From positions 24,717 through 88,716 of the forward strand of contig JBEHXH010000013.1 in NCBI GenBank assembly GCA_048498795.1: a DNA stretch of 64,000 nt, written 5' to 3'. The notes beneath the pieces are model-generated. The model saw only the letters and a list, made by a program, of their open reading frames with translations, was not told the DNA's origin and did no database searches. A program made the translations under genes and the position numbers. This document shows positions 1 to 11,020 of the stretch, one piece after another; positions within the stretch are counted from its first letter, which is position 1, and every line of letters starts with the position of its first letter. Source of the stretch: Verrucomicrobiota bacterium (GTDB lineage Bacteria; Verrucomicrobiota; Verrucomicrobiia; Opitutales; Opitutaceae).

Positions 1-207
1 CTCTGTGTGGGAAAAGTCCTGCCGGAATCGCGCGCGGAGTTTCGCCGTATCATAGCGGCGTTGGTTGCGGACGGGGCGGACAGTGTGATCTTCGGTTGCA
101 CGGAGATTCCATTGCTGGTGAGCGCCGCGGACTCAACGGTGCCGATTTTCGATACGACGGCGATTCACGCGGCGGCGGCAGTCGAGTGGATGCTGGGTGG
201 TGAATAA
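1..207 (+). CDS. Asp/Glu/hydantoin racemase family protein, C-terminal fragment (gene begins upstream of window)
   Basis: Reading frame is open from base 1. The C-terminal sequence ...VIFGCTEIPLL...VPIFDTTAIHAAAAVEW resembles the second active-site region of aspartate/glutamate racemases. Stop at 205-207. Confidence 0.5.
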   Translation, partial: LCVGKVLPESRAEFRRIIAALVADGADSVIFGCTEIPLLVSAADSTVPIFDTTAIHAAAAVEWMLGGE

Positions 208-216
208 CTTTCGGTT

Positions 217-546
217 ATGCAAATTTCGGATATCCCCTTTGGCACAACGGATTGGTCGGCCATAGAACCGGAAATAAAGCCCGGCGAGCAGGGCACGGCC
301 ACGTGGCGCACCCGGCAATTCGGTGCGATCCGTGTGCGGATGCTCGACTACTCGCCGGGCTACGCGGCCGATCACTGGTGTGTGAAAGGCCACATCCTGC
401 TGTGCCTAGAGGGCGAACTGCACACGGAGCTGGCCGATGGGCGACGCTTCGTCCTTCGGCCGGGCATGAGCTATCAGGTGGCGGACCACGCGGAGCCGCA
501 CCGCTCAACCGCGCCGGTGGGAGCGCGGTTGTTTGTCGTCGATTGA
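217..546 (+). CDS. cupin domain protein (small beta-barrel, DUF861-like)
   Basis: 109-aa ORF. The G..H.H....E....GE...L..G motif spacing (HWCVKGHILLCLEGELHTEL..G..F.L.PG) is typical of cupin_2/cupin_3 proteins. Confidence 0.45.
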   Translation: MQISDIPFGTTDWSAIEPEIKPGEQGTATWRTRQFGAIRVRMLDYSPGYAADHWCVKGHILLCLEGELHTELADGRRFVLRPGMSYQVADHAEPHRSTAPVGARLFVVD

Positions 547-550
547 CGCG

Positions 551-2314
<1,764 letters not shown>

Positions 2315-2455
2315 CGGGCCAGTGTCGCAGCACATTTACATACTCGCGAGCCTGCAATCGTGCCCGGTCGATTTTATCCAACCACGGCCGATATTTTCCG
2401 GCGAGTGGGCTTGCGCCGGGACTTGGCGGCCCTGTAGTTTTGTCCTTTCACACGC

Positions 2456-3472
2456 ATGAAGAAAGCGCTCATCACCGGTATCACGGGTCAGGACGGCTCC
2501 TATCTCGCCGAGCTGTTGCTCGAAAAAGGCTACGAGGTTCATGGCATCATCCGCCGCGCCTCGACCTTCAACACGAGCCGCATCGATCACCTTTACCGCG
2601 ACCCGCATGTGAATGGCGTGCGCCTCTTCCTGCACTACGGCGACCTCGCCGACTCGGTGCAAATGGTGAAGCTGCTCTACGACCTGCAGCCGGATGAAAT
2701 CTACAACCTCGGCGCGCAGTCACACGTGCGCGTGTCGTTCGACATCCCGGAATATACGGGCGATGTCGATGGCCTCGGCGCGCAGCGTATCCTCGAGGCA
2801 GTGCGCGAGGCGGGGCTGGTGAAGAAGGTCCGGTTTTATCAGGCGTCGTCGTCCGAAATGTTCGGCAAGGTCCAGCAGGTGCCGCAGGTCGAGACCACGC
2901 CGTTCTGGCCACGCTCGCCGTACGGCTGCGCCAAGGTCTACGCGTACTGGCTCACCGTTAACTACCGTGAGAGCTACAATCTCCACGCGTCCAACGGCAT
3001 CTTGTTCAATCACGAGAGCCCTCGCCGTGGTGAGACGTTTGTCACGCGCAAGATCACGCGCGCGGCGACCCGCATCAAGCTGGGCCTGCAGGACTCGCTC
3101 TACCTCGGCAACCTCGATGCCCAGCGCGACTGGGGCTACGCCAAGGAGTATGTCGAGATGATGTGGCTGATGCTGCAGCAGGACAAACCCGACGATTACG
3201 TCGTGGCGACGAACGAGACGCACAGCGTGCGCGAGTTCTGCCAAGTGACCTTCGATCGGCTTGGGCTCGATTGGGAGAAGTATGTGAAGTACGACCAGCG
3301 CTATGAGCGCCCTGCAGAGGTCGAGCTTCTCATCGGCAATCCCGCCAAGGCGGAGAAGCAGCTCGGTTGGAAACCCAAGGTGCTCTTCAAGGATCTCGTG
3401 CACATCATGGTCGATTCCGACCTCGAACTGGCCAAGCGCGAGGCGCAGATCGCGCAGTTGCCGAAGCCGTAA
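2456..3472 (+). CDS. gmd: GDP-mannose 4,6-dehydratase
   Basis: [34 protein letters not shown]... The N-terminal Rossmann GxxGxxG, catalytic YxxxK (YGCAKVYAY) and overall Gmd architecture of the SDR-extended family are present. 338 aa. Confidence 0.9.
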   Translation: MKKALITGITGQDGSYLAELLLEKGYEVHGIIRRASTFNTSRIDHLYRDPHVNGVRLFLHYGDLADSVQMVKLLYDLQPDEIYNLGAQSHVRVSFDIPEYTGDVDGLGAQRILEAVREAGLVKKVRFYQASSSEMFGKVQQVPQVETTPFWPRSPYGCAKVYAYWLTVNYRESYNLHASNGILFNHESPRRGETFVTRKITRAATRIKLGLQDSLYLGNLDAQRDWGYAKEYVEMMWLMLQQDKPDDYVVATNETHSVREFCQVTFDRLGLDWEKYVKYDQRYERPAEVELLIGNPAKAEKQLGWKPKVLFKDLVHIMVDSDLELAKREAQIAQLPKP

Positions 3473-3480
3473 TTTTTTTG

Positions 3481-3554
3481 GGCCCACGAAACACACGAAG
3501 GGACACGAAAGCCGGAAGTGATTTGGTTTCGCGTCGTTCGTGTGTTTCGTGGGC
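3481..3554. repeat. hairpin element of 10-bp-phased CACGAAA/CACGAAG heptamers in the gmd-fcl spacer
   Basis: GGCCCACGAAACACACGAAGGGACACGAAAG ..loop.. CGTCGTTCGTGTGTTTCGTGGGC, an ~18-bp stem. Confidence 0.7.
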
Positions 3555-3566
3555 TAAAGGGATTGA

Positions 3567-4502
3567 ATGAAGCTCTTCATCGCAGGTCATAATGGCATGG
3601 TTGGGGCCGCGCTCGTGCGGCGGTTTTCGGCCCAGCCAGGCGTCACGCTTTTGCTGCGATCACGGCGTGAGCTGGATCTCACTTCGGCGGCGGCGGTGGA
3701 TGCGTTTTACGCCGCGGAGAAGCCGGACGTCGCGATCATCGCGGCGGCGAAAGTCGGCGGCATTCACGCCAACAACACGTACCCGGCGGAATTCCTCTAC
3801 GACAATCTGGCGATCGCGGCCAACACGATCCATGGTGCATGGCGCACGGGCGTGAAGCGCCTGCTCTTCCTCGGCAGTTCCTGCATCTACCCGAAGCATG
3901 CGCCGCAGCCGATGCCGGAGGATTGCCTGCTCACGGGGCCGCTGGAGCCGACCAACGAGGCCTACGCCATCGCGAAGATTTCCGGGCTCAAGCTCGCGCA
4001 GTACTACCGCAAGCAGCACGGCGTGCTCTTCCACTCGGCGATGCCGACGAATCTCTACGGCCCGGCGGACAACTACCATCTGCAGAACTCGCATGTGCTG
4101 CCCGCGCTGATCCGCAAGTTTCACGAAGCCAAGGTCGCGAATCGGCCCGAGGTTGTGGCGTGGGGTACCGGCAGCCCGAAGCGCGAATTCCTACATGTCG
4201 ACGACCTCGCGGAAGCCTGCGCTTTTCTACTCAAGCTCGATAATCCGCCCGACTGGATCAACGTCGGCACGGGGACCGATGTCACGATTCGCGAGCTGAC
4301 GGAAACGGTTGCGTCAGTGACCAAGTTTGGCGGCAAGGTCGTCTGGGATTCCACGAAGCCCGACGGCACGCCGCGCAAGCTCATGGACGTCTCGAAACTT
4401 TCCAGCCTCGGCTGGACGGCGAAGATCGGCCTGCGTGAAGGTGTCGATAAAGCTTACGCGAGTTTCCTCGCGGAGATGGCGGCGGGCACGCTGCGGCAGT
4501 GA
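3567..4502 (+). CDS. fcl: GDP-L-fucose synthase (GDP-4-keto-6-deoxymannose 3,5-epimerase/4-reductase)
   Basis: [19 protein letters not shown]..., and GSSCIYPK...[12 protein letters not shown] typical of Fcl/WcaG. Directly downstream of gmd. 311 aa. Confidence 0.9.
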   Translation: MKLFIAGHNGMVGAALVRRFSAQPGVTLLLRSRRELDLTSAAAVDAFYAAEKPDVAIIAAAKVGGIHANNTYPAEFLYDNLAIAANTIHGAWRTGVKRLLFLGSSCIYPKHAPQPMPEDCLLTGPLEPTNEAYAIAKISGLKLAQYYRKQHGVLFHSAMPTNLYGPADNYHLQNSHVLPALIRKFHEAKVANRPEVVAWGTGSPKREFLHVDDLAEACAFLLKLDNPPDWINVGTGTDVTIRELTETVASVTKFGGKVVWDSTKPDGTPRKLMDVSKLSSLGWTAKIGLREGVDKAYASFLAEMAAGTLRQ

Positions 4503-4527
4503 AGTCGGTTTAACCGAGGCTGGATTT

Positions 4528-4587
4528 AACCGCGGATGAACTCGGATCAAGGCTTGCTCATCCGCGTCCATCCGAGTTCATCCGCAG
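4528..4587. repeat. hairpin element of 10-bp-phased CGGATGA/CGGATCA heptamers 3' of fcl
   Basis: GCGGATGAACTCGGAT ..22-nt loop.. ATCCGAGTTCATCCGC, a 16-bp perfect stem between convergent fcl and methyltransferase genes. Confidence 0.7.
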
Positions 4588-4659
4588 TTAAAAATCCTCC
4601 ACTAGATTGTGAGGTTCTCGTGAGGAGATGGCGAAACGCTCACGCGTTCCGCTACGAGA

Positions 4660-5418
4660 TCAGCTTTTCCCGAGACGGCGCTTTAGGCCCTTCAGCTTAA
4701 TGCGCCACCAGATTTTCAGCGAGTTCGCGAGGCTCGGGTAGTGGATCGAGCGACGATAGATGTGATCGAAATGATGCGCTAGCGATGCGTTGATCTTGAG
4801 GTCGTGCGTGCGCTTTTCGGGCAGTAGCAGCGCGAAGGCGAGACCGCCCCAGATCTGATCGCGGAAATCTTCCGCGGCGTTGAGCGTGCCAGGGACGAAG
4901 TCGAGTTCGACGACATGCACGTGAGGATTGCCCGCCCAGTCGGCGTCGGCGATCCCGCGGCGGCACTCCGGGTTGCCGCTGTCGTGCATGAGGACCCAGA
5001 GCGGCGACGTGGTCGGGCGGTACGCGAGCAGGGCATTTAGGTCGGCCTTCACGCCCTCATAACGATGGTCGCCATCGACGAGCGCGAAGTTCAGCGGCAT
5101 GCCGTTGGCCTGGCACTCGGAGAGGACGAGCGGGATGAGCTTTGGCGAATCGCCCGTGAGAAATTTCACGTTGGGCATCTGCGGCTCGAGGTTCCGGCGG
5201 ACGTCGGGCGAGATGTCGAGCGAGTACGTCAGCTTGGCGTGATCGCGGATCTGGCGGAGGCAGCCGCCCTCGCACGTGCCGATTTCGAGTGCCGCCACGG
5301 ACTGGGCGCGCCGCAGGACTTGGAGCAGAGCGCCCTTCTCGCCGTCCTGCATGAGCCAGAGCTGTTCGGGGCTTTTGGCGGGATAGAGCAGGGCGGAGAG
5401 ATCGTTCACAGTCTTCAT
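4660..5418 (-). CDS. class I SAM-dependent methyltransferase (CmcI/TylF-like O-methyltransferase family)
   Basis: MKTVNDLSALLYPAKSPEQLWLMQ...LEIGTCEGGCLRQI...LVDGDHRYEGVKADL is a SAM-binding fold of the cephalosporin hydroxylase/macrocin-O-MT type. The in-frame 565-aa ORF (to 6357) is rejected because its upper part is antisense to tatC. Confidence 0.5.
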   Translation of the reverse strand: MKTVNDLSALLYPAKSPEQLWLMQDGEKGALLQVLRRAQSVAALEIGTCEGGCLRQIRDHAKLTYSLDISPDVRRNLEPQMPNVKFLTGDSPKLIPLVLSECQANGMPLNFALVDGDHRYEGVKADLNALLAYRPTTSPLWVLMHDSGNPECRRGIADADWAGNPHVHVVELDFVPGTLNAAEDFRDQIWGGLAFALLLPEKRTHDLKINASLAHHFDHIYRRSIHYPSLANSLKIWWRIKLKGLKRRLGKS

Positions 5419-5535
5419 CGCTGGATAGAGGGGCGTGGCGCGGACCGTGGCCGGGCGGGGCGGGGATGAAAAGGCAAAACGGCGCGCGCAAAGTTTGCTC
5501 GCGCCGGGGCCTTTCGCGCCAAACGATGATCCCTC

Positions 5536-6522
5536 ATGGCCGACGTAGACTTCCTCCCTGACGACGCCGCCGAGGGCGGTGAGCGCAAATCCTTTTGGGA
5601 GCATATCAACGACCTGCGCCGCGCCCTCGTGCGCTCGGCGATCGCGATCGGCATCGCGCTGATCGTCTGCCTGTTTCTCGACGACAAGCTCGTGGCGATC
5701 CTCGAATACCCGCTGCGCCGGATGGACATCTTCGAGAAAGAGAAACCGACCGTGACCTTCCAACTCGGCGCGACAAAGTTCGGACCCTTCGAGGTGACGA
5801 AGGAAGAGTTTCCCGCGCTGCCGGACGGCGTCGCCCCGCGCGCGATTTACCACCTCGGCGTCATGCAGGTCGCCGACCAGCAGGTGCTCACGCTGAAGCT
5901 CGATCCCAACGGGACGCAGGACGACAGCCTCAAGGTGCGCCTGCACAACCTCGGGCCGGCGGAGGCGTTCTTCATCGCATTTCACATCGCGCTTTACGGG
6001 GCGTTCGTCTTGGCCGCGCCGTTTTGGATCTACTACATGGGTGGCTTCCTGTTGCCGGCGCTGAAGGACAACGAGCGTAAATCCATCCTGCAGTGGCTGG
6101 GGTGGGGCGTGTTTCTCTTTGTGCTCGGAGTGACGCTCACGTACTTCGTGCTGCTGCCCGTCGCGCTCAAGGCCTCCATGCAGTACTCCAATATCCTCGG
6201 CTTCGCGTCGACAGACTGGCGCGCGGAGGAATACATTCGCTTCGTCTGTAAGTTTATCCTCGGCATGGGTATAGGGTTTCAGTTTCCGCTGGTGGTACTC
6301 TTCCTGGTGAAACTCGGCATGCTCACATATCGCGACTTGGCGAAATACCGCCGGCATGTGATCGTGCTCGTACTGATCCTGGGTGCGCTGCTCACGACTC
6401 CTGAGGTCATCACGCAGGTCTCGATGGCGGTGCCGCTTTACCTGCTCTACGAGACCTGCATCTGGATCGCATGGTACTGGGACTGGAAGAAGCGCCGCGC
6501 GGGCGGGATCATCGAGACGTAG
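5536..6522 (+). CDS. tatC: twin-arginine translocase subunit TatC (with ~75-aa insertion in the first periplasmic loop)
   Basis: The N-terminus (FWEHINDLRRALVRSAIAIGIALIVCLF), six predicted TM helices and LLPVALKASMQYS...LLTTPEVITQ are TatC hallmarks. Length is 328 aa versus ~250 aa typical, and the extra segment EKEKPTVTFQLGATKFGPFEVTKEE...LKVRLHNLGP lies between TM1 and TM2. Confidence 0.8.
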   Translation: MADVDFLPDDAAEGGERKSFWEHINDLRRALVRSAIAIGIALIVCLFLDDKLVAILEYPLRRMDIFEKEKPTVTFQLGATKFGPFEVTKEEFPALPDGVAPRAIYHLGVMQVADQQVLTLKLDPNGTQDDSLKVRLHNLGPAEAFFIAFHIALYGAFVLAAPFWIYYMGGFLLPALKDNERKSILQWLGWGVFLFVLGVTLTYFVLLPVALKASMQYSNILGFASTDWRAEEYIRFVCKFILGMGIGFQFPLVVLFLVKLGMLTYRDLAKYRRHVIVLVLILGALLTTPEVITQVSMAVPLYLLYETCIWIAWYWDWKKRRAGGIIET

Positions 6523-6551
6523 TGTGGGGCGGTTTAGGCCGCACCCTTTTT
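6523..6551 (+). terminator. rho-independent terminator-like hairpin followed by T5 run after tatC
   Basis: GTGGGGCGGtttaggCCGCACCC followed by TTTTT, immediately 3' of the tatC stop. Confidence 0.5.
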
Positions 6552-6624
6552 AGCCACAGATTACACCGATGGGCACAGATAGCTGGCGCGTTTATCTGTG
6601 CCCATCGGTCTAATCTGTGGCTAG
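6551..6624. repeat. 31-bp near-perfect inverted repeat (one mismatch) with 11-nt loop, built from CACAGAT/CACCGAT units phased at 10 bp
   Basis: TAGCCACAGATTACACCGATGGGCACAGATA ... TATCTGTGCCCATCGGTCTAATCTGTGGCTAG. Confidence 0.8.
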
Positions 6625-6691
6625 GTTGGATGGCGCTTCGGTTTTTCGTCATTTGCAACTTAAGTACTAAAGTCCGCGGCCCACGCGCCGA

Positions 6692-9319
6692 TTGTCGGGT
6701 TTGATGTCTGTTGGTGCTCCAAGCCCGGTGGAGGCTCCGTCAGCGCTCGGCGAAGCCGGTCTCGCGACCGATGTGTGGCCGCGCGTTGGCGAGCGCTGGC
6801 GTTCCATCTACGAAATTCGCGAGCAGTTGTCGGAGACGACTGCCGGGCGCTACTGGCGCGCCGCGCGGATCGACACCGACGAAAACGTCGTCCTCCGCAT
6901 CTTTCACACGACCGTCGATGAAGCCCGACCCGGCGCGTGGGACGGCATCCTTGCCCTCGACTCTGCGCACCTGCTGCGGGCGCGTCCGGCGTTCATGGTG
7001 GAGAACTGCCGCGTCGAGGAATTCGAAGCGCCGGTGGGCACCGCGCTCAGCCGCTGGCGCCGACAGTCGGGTGGTATTGACGCAGACGGCATCGAGGCGC
7101 TGGTGCGCCAAGTCGCCTCGGTCCTTAGTCAATTGCACGGCGTCGGTCTCGTGCACCTCGGCCTGCATCCCGACTCGATTTACGTGCGCGAGGAGGATGG
7201 TAAGCTGCATTTTGTCGTCGGCGCGCTGGAGTCGGTCACACCGTTTGAGCGAGACCGATTGATCCCGGCGCCGGTCGATCCCTTCTACGCTCCGCCCGAG
7301 GCCGCAGGACTCTTTCAGCACTCGCCCGGCCCCATACTGCGGGCGTGGGATTGGTGGACCCTCGGACGTGCGGTGCAGGAAGCGATCCTCGGCTGCCATG
7401 TGCTCGGCCACATCCTCGAACGCGAAGTGATTCCTGCTACGCCGGAGCTCAATGCGCGCATGGAAGCCATGCTGCTCGAGCGCGACGCCGCCGGTCTTCG
7501 CGCGGGCGCGGTCGAAGCGATGCCCGTGCAGGACAAGCGGGTGGACAACCTTCTCCGCGGCCTGCTCACGTCCACCCGGGACGGCCGCTGGGGCCGCGAG
7601 GAAATCGACGGCTGGCTCAAGCGCGATACCATCAAGCATCGCTACGGCCTGCCGCGCACGGAGCGTCTTTTTCGTCTTGGCGAGCGCCCCCTCACGGTGC
7701 CCGAGGCAGCGGACCTGCTGCGTACGCCGGACCTGTGGCCCGAGATCGTGCCGCACGTGTTCAATCTCAAGCAGCCCGGGATGCTCGCGCATTTCCTCGA
7801 TGACTCGCACGCGCACCGGTCGTTTCTCGAAAAACTCACCGACGCGCTGAAGCTCGCGGAAAGCGACGCGCTCAAGTCGTATCCCTCCGCATTGGTACGT
7901 GAAGTGGTGGCGGCGCTGGCGCTGCAGTACCTCGCAGGCAACGAATTCATCTGGCGCGGACGCCGCACCGATACGGCTACGATCCGCGAAATCCTCGACG
8001 CGCCCGGCGACCCCAAGGCGCAATTAGAGCTCGCGCGGCTCTTCAGCCAACGCGTGGTTGTTGGGCAAATCCAGCGCTGCGATGCGGAGTCGGCGCAGAT
8101 TCTCGGCGACCTCGGGCGGGTGGGTGGCGAGGCGGAGGCGCTCGCCATCTCGTCGGGCTGGCTGACGATGACCGACACCACCGGCATCCTCCGGCTCTGG
8201 TCGACGGTGCTGCTCTCCCAAGCTGCGATGCAGGGTGCGCGGGCCAATCTGAAGAAGCGCTTCGCGTGCTGCTCGAATGCCGCGATGAACAAGATTTTCC
8301 AGCTCGAAGCGCCCGCTAGACTCGACCTCGTGGTGTTGGCGTGGGCGGACCGCGAGCCGGCGAAGTTTGGCTTTGTGACCCACGCGGAGTGGGCCAAGCG
8401 GCGTCTCGGCGAACTGCGCGCGACCGGCGACAAGTACGCGATGGCGCTTTTCTGGCGGCGTCTCGGCAAGGCACTCTCCATTGGCACGTGGCTTTTCTCC
8501 CGCTGGCGCATCCTCGTGCCCATCTGGGTGGGCGTGATCACGCTCGGGCTCGTTGCACATCCTGGCCCGCGCTGGGCGTTTGTCGCGATCCTGCCCGCAT
8601 TGCTGGCAGCGGCATGGCGCGTGTTTTCGCAGAAGATGCATGCGTCCCAGACGAAGCTCTTTGCGCCTGCTGCTGCACCCTGGGGCTGGCGCGATGGCGT
8701 GAAACGCTGTCGTACTGAGGCCGAGGCCGTTGCTCCCGGGCTCGATGAAGCCGGACTCCTACGCATGATCCGTGAGATCAATGCCGACATCGCCAAGCTC
8801 CAGATCGAGCCGAAACCAGAGGTGATCGTGATGCCGCCAAAATTTCATAGCACATGGGTGGCCGTGATCGGCAGCTGGATCGCCGTTGGGCTCGTCGTTG
8901 CCACGCATGGATGGGAAATAAAGATCCACCCGCCGAGCATCGCGGCATTTCGGGCTGCATGGGCGGCGAAGCCTCCTCCCATCGACGAAGAAGCGGCGAA
9001 GCCGATCAAGGTCACCTGGCCGCACAAGGCCGTGGGCGAGATCCATGTCGTGAATCTCAAGGGCCATGAGGAAGCCACGCCCGAGCAGCGCGCGGCGGCG
9101 ATGGCGGCGGGGCACAAGATTGCCGATCCCTATTTGCCGGAGACGATCACGCTCTTCATCGCGGTGCGCGTGCCGACCGAGAAGGAATACGGCTTCATGA
9201 TGTACAACGGCAAGACCGGCCAGCTCGCCAACCAGCACGTGTACCTCACGATCTACGAGCCGCTCCCGCGCATGTGGATCGAGCTTTCGGGCGAGCAGGC
9301 GATCTACATGATCCCGTAA
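6692..9319 (+). CDS. membrane-anchored protein kinase-like protein, predicted pseudokinase, with ~300-aa C-terminal extracytoplasmic region
   Basis: The kinase catalytic-loop region LHGVGLVHLGLHPDSIYV has the canonical HRDLKPxN replaced by HLGLHPDS, so the catalytic Asp is absent. An APE-like FYAPPEA and a subdomain-IX-like WDWWTLGRAV are present. There is no Gly-rich loop and VLRI sits where VAIK would be (Lys to Arg). Hydrophobic segments at about aa 590-640 and aa 715-735 predict TM anchoring. Confidence 0.6.
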   Translation: MSGLMSVGAPSPVEAPSALGEAGLATDVWPRVGERWRSIYEIREQLSETTAGRYWRAARIDTDENVVLRIFHTTVDEARPGAWDGILALDSAHLLRARPAFMVENCRVEEFEAPVGTALSRWRRQSGGIDADGIEALVRQVASVLSQLHGVGLVHLGLHPDSIYVREEDGKLHFVVGALESVTPFERDRLIPAPVDPFYAPPEAAGLFQHSPGPILRAWDWWTLGRAVQEAILGCHVLGHILEREVIPATPELNARMEAMLLERDAAGLRAGAVEAMPVQDKRVDNLLRGLLTSTRDGRWGREEIDGWLKRDTIKHRYGLPRTERLFRLGERPLTVPEAADLLRTPDLWPEIVPHVFNLKQPGMLAHFLDDSHAHRSFLEKLTDALKLAESDALKSYPSALVREVVAALALQYLAGNEFIWRGRRTDTATIREILDAPGDPKAQLELARLFSQRVVVGQIQRCDAESAQILGDLGRVGGEAEALAISSGWLTMTDTTGILRLWSTVLLSQAAMQGARANLKKRFACCSNAAMNKIFQLEAPARLDLVVLAWADREPAKFGFVTHAEWAKRRLGELRATGDKYAMALFWRRLGKALSIGTWLFSRWRILVPIWVGVITLGLVAHPGPRWAFVAILPALLAAAWRVFSQKMHASQTKLFAPAAAPWGWRDGVKRCRTEAEAVAPGLDEAGLLRMIREINADIAKLQIEPKPEVIVMPPKFHSTWVAVIGSWIAVGLVVATHGWEIKIHPPSIAAFRAAWAAKPPPIDEEAAKPIKVTWPHKAVGEIHVVNLKGHEEATPEQRAAAMAAGHKIADPYLPETITLFIAVRVPTEKEYGFMMYNGKTGQLANQHVYLTIYEPLPRMWIELSGEQAIYMIP

Positions 9320-9388
9320 GGGCGGCGGAGAATCATTTCCGGAGATTTCGGTTGCGCCGGTCGCGATCCGCTTTGCACTGGGAGCCGA

Positions 9389-10549
9389 TTGGCAGCTAAC
9401 GGATATCAAGTCATCGCCCGCAAATGGCGCCCGCAGACCTTCGACGATGTCGTGGGGCAGGACCATGTCATGCGGACGCTGCGCAACGCGATTGTGCGCG
9501 GCCGTATCGCGCATGCCTATCTCTTCGTGGGACCGCGCGGCACGGGCAAGACCTCGACGGCGCGCATCTTTGCCAAGGCGCTCAACTGCACCGATGGGCC
9601 GAAGGCAGATTTTTCGCTCGATGACCCGGCGGTGAAATCGATCAGCGACGGGACGCATCTCGACGTGATCGAGATCGACGGTGCGTCGAACAACGGCGTC
9701 GAGCAGGTGCGCGATCTCCGCGAGACCGCGCGCTACGCGCCGGCGCAGGGCAAGTTCAAGATCTACATCATCGACGAGGTGCACATGCTCTCGACGGCGG
9801 CGTTCAACGCGCTGCTGAAGACCCTCGAAGAGCCGCCGCCGCACGTGAAGTTCGTCTTCGCGACGACGGACGTGCAGAAGGTGCTCCCGACGATCCTATC
9901 GCGCTGCCAGCGCTTCGACCTCAAGCCGATCCCGGCGGAGCTGATCGTGGAGCGGCTAAAAAAGATCGCAGCCGACGAGAAGATCAAAGCCTCCGACGCA
10001 GCGCTCGCCTGCATCGCACGCATGGCGGACGGCGGCATGCGTGATGCGCAGTCAGTGCTCGACCAGATGATTTCCTTCTGTGGTGCCGAGATCGCCGAGG
10101 CGGACGTGCTCGATGTCTATGGTCTCGTCGCCGCAGAGAAGGTCGCAGAACTCGGCGCGGCGGTAGCCGCGGGCGATCACCAGAAGATTGTTTCCATCGT
10201 TGATGATTGCGACGCGGCCGGTCGCGACCTCGTGCGCCTCCTGTCGGATCTGCAAGGGCTCGTGCGCACGGCGCTGCTCGACTCGATCGCGAAGGGCGGA
10301 CGTAGCGAACAGCTCGGCGTGGCGATGACCACGGAGCAAATCACGCGCCTCCTTGATGGCCTGCGCGAAGGTGAATCGGGCGTGAAGCTCGGGCTAGCGG
10401 AGAAAATCAATTTCGAAGTCACGCTGCTCAAGGCCGTCGAGGCCAGCCGCGCTCGCGCGATCGATTCGCTCATCAAGGAGCTCGCTGCTCTCGCCGATGA
10501 AGCGCCCGCGGCCGTGGGCGCGGACGACAGCGAAAAAAAAAAGGGCTGA
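9389..10549 (+). CDS. dnaX: DNA polymerase III subunit gamma/tau, zero-frame product (gamma-like, domains I-III only)
   Basis: [16 protein letters not shown]..., Walker [21 protein letters not shown], a zinc-module region, and the clamp-loader SRC motif ([10 protein letters not shown]). The 386-aa product ends ...DDSEKKKG* two codons after an A10 run. Confidence 0.9.
   Translation: MAANGYQVIARKWRPQTFDDVVGQDHVMRTLRNAIVRGRIAHAYLFVGPRGTGKTSTARIFAKALNCTDGPKADFSLDDPAVKSISDGTHLDVIEIDGASNNGVEQVRDLRETARYAPAQGKFKIYIIDEVHMLSTAAFNALLKTLEEPPPHVKFVFATTDVQKVLPTILSRCQRFDLKPIPAELIVERLKKIAADEKIKASDAALACIARMADGGMRDAQSVLDQMISFCGAEIAEADVLDVYGLVAAEKVAELGAAVAAGDHQKIVSIVDDCDAAGRDLVRLLSDLQGLVRTALLDSIAKGGRSEQLGVAMTTEQITRLLDGLREGESGVKLGLAEKINFEVTLLKAVEASRARAIDSLIKELAALADEAPAAVGADDSEKKKG
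10532..10543 (+). promoter_or_regulatory. candidate programmed -1 ribosomal frameshift / slippage site, GAA AAA AAA AAG
   Basis: The A10 homopolymer (10533-10542) forms the classic dnaX-type slippery sequence A AAA AAG. The -1 frame has a stop at 10498-10500 and is then open to 10995. A potential stem-loop GTACGGCttctcGCCGTAC lies ~27 nt downstream. Confidence 0.5.
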
Positions 10550-10995
10550 TTGATCGGCTCGAAGTACGGCTTCTCGCCGTACGACTGCCGGAGATTCGCG
10601 GACCGCGGCCCGAGGTAACGACAGGCTCTTCGGTTTCGGCTGCTTCAATCGAAGAGAGCGATGCGGTGGCGCTCGCGGCCATCGCACCGGCCAAAACGAG
10701 AGATGAAGCCGCTCCACCGCCGACTACCGGCAGCGACGACGATGCGCCTTCTTGGCCGCTGAGCGAAAGCGACGAAGCGGCGTTTTTGTCGGAGGCACGC
10801 GATAGGGGTGAAACCGTCGTGGCCGCTCCGGTCGCCCAGCGGGAGACCGAGGAAGCCGCAATCGACCCGAAGGCTCTCCCCTCGGCGGATCAGCTCGCGG
10901 CGAAGCTTTCTCCCGAGGTGCGCGAAGTGCTCGACGATCTCTTCCGCGCGAAGTTCACCAACGTGCGGAAGGTGTCGCCGAAGCTGCTGAAGTGA
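10543..10995 (+). CDS. dnaX: tau-specific C-terminal extension of DnaX, reachable only by -1 frameshift or transcriptional slippage at the A10 run (would give a tau of ~535 aa)
   Basis: The -1 frame is open 10501-10995 (150 codons after the slip site). It is acidic and low-complexity, ending ...[29 protein letters not shown]. No independent RBS or ATG; the six-frame track shows only a GTG-initiated 109-aa fragment (10666-10995). Confidence 0.4.
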   Translation, partial: GLIDRLEVRLLAVRLPEIRGPRPEVTTGSSVSAASIEESDAVALAAIAPAKTRDEAAPPPTTGSDDDAPSWPLSESDEAAFLSEARDRGETVVAAPVAQRETEEAAIDPKALPSADQLAAKLSPEVREVLDDLFRAKFTNVRKVSPKLLK

Positions 10996-11020
10996 GGGGT
11001 GGCAGAGGTTCGTTTTGAAT

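Noticed and set aside
4660-6357. 565-aa minus-strand ORF
   Set aside because: Only the lower 252 codons (from MKTVNDL at 5418) resemble a methyltransferase. The upper part is antisense to tatC and has Arg/Glu-rich nonsense composition.
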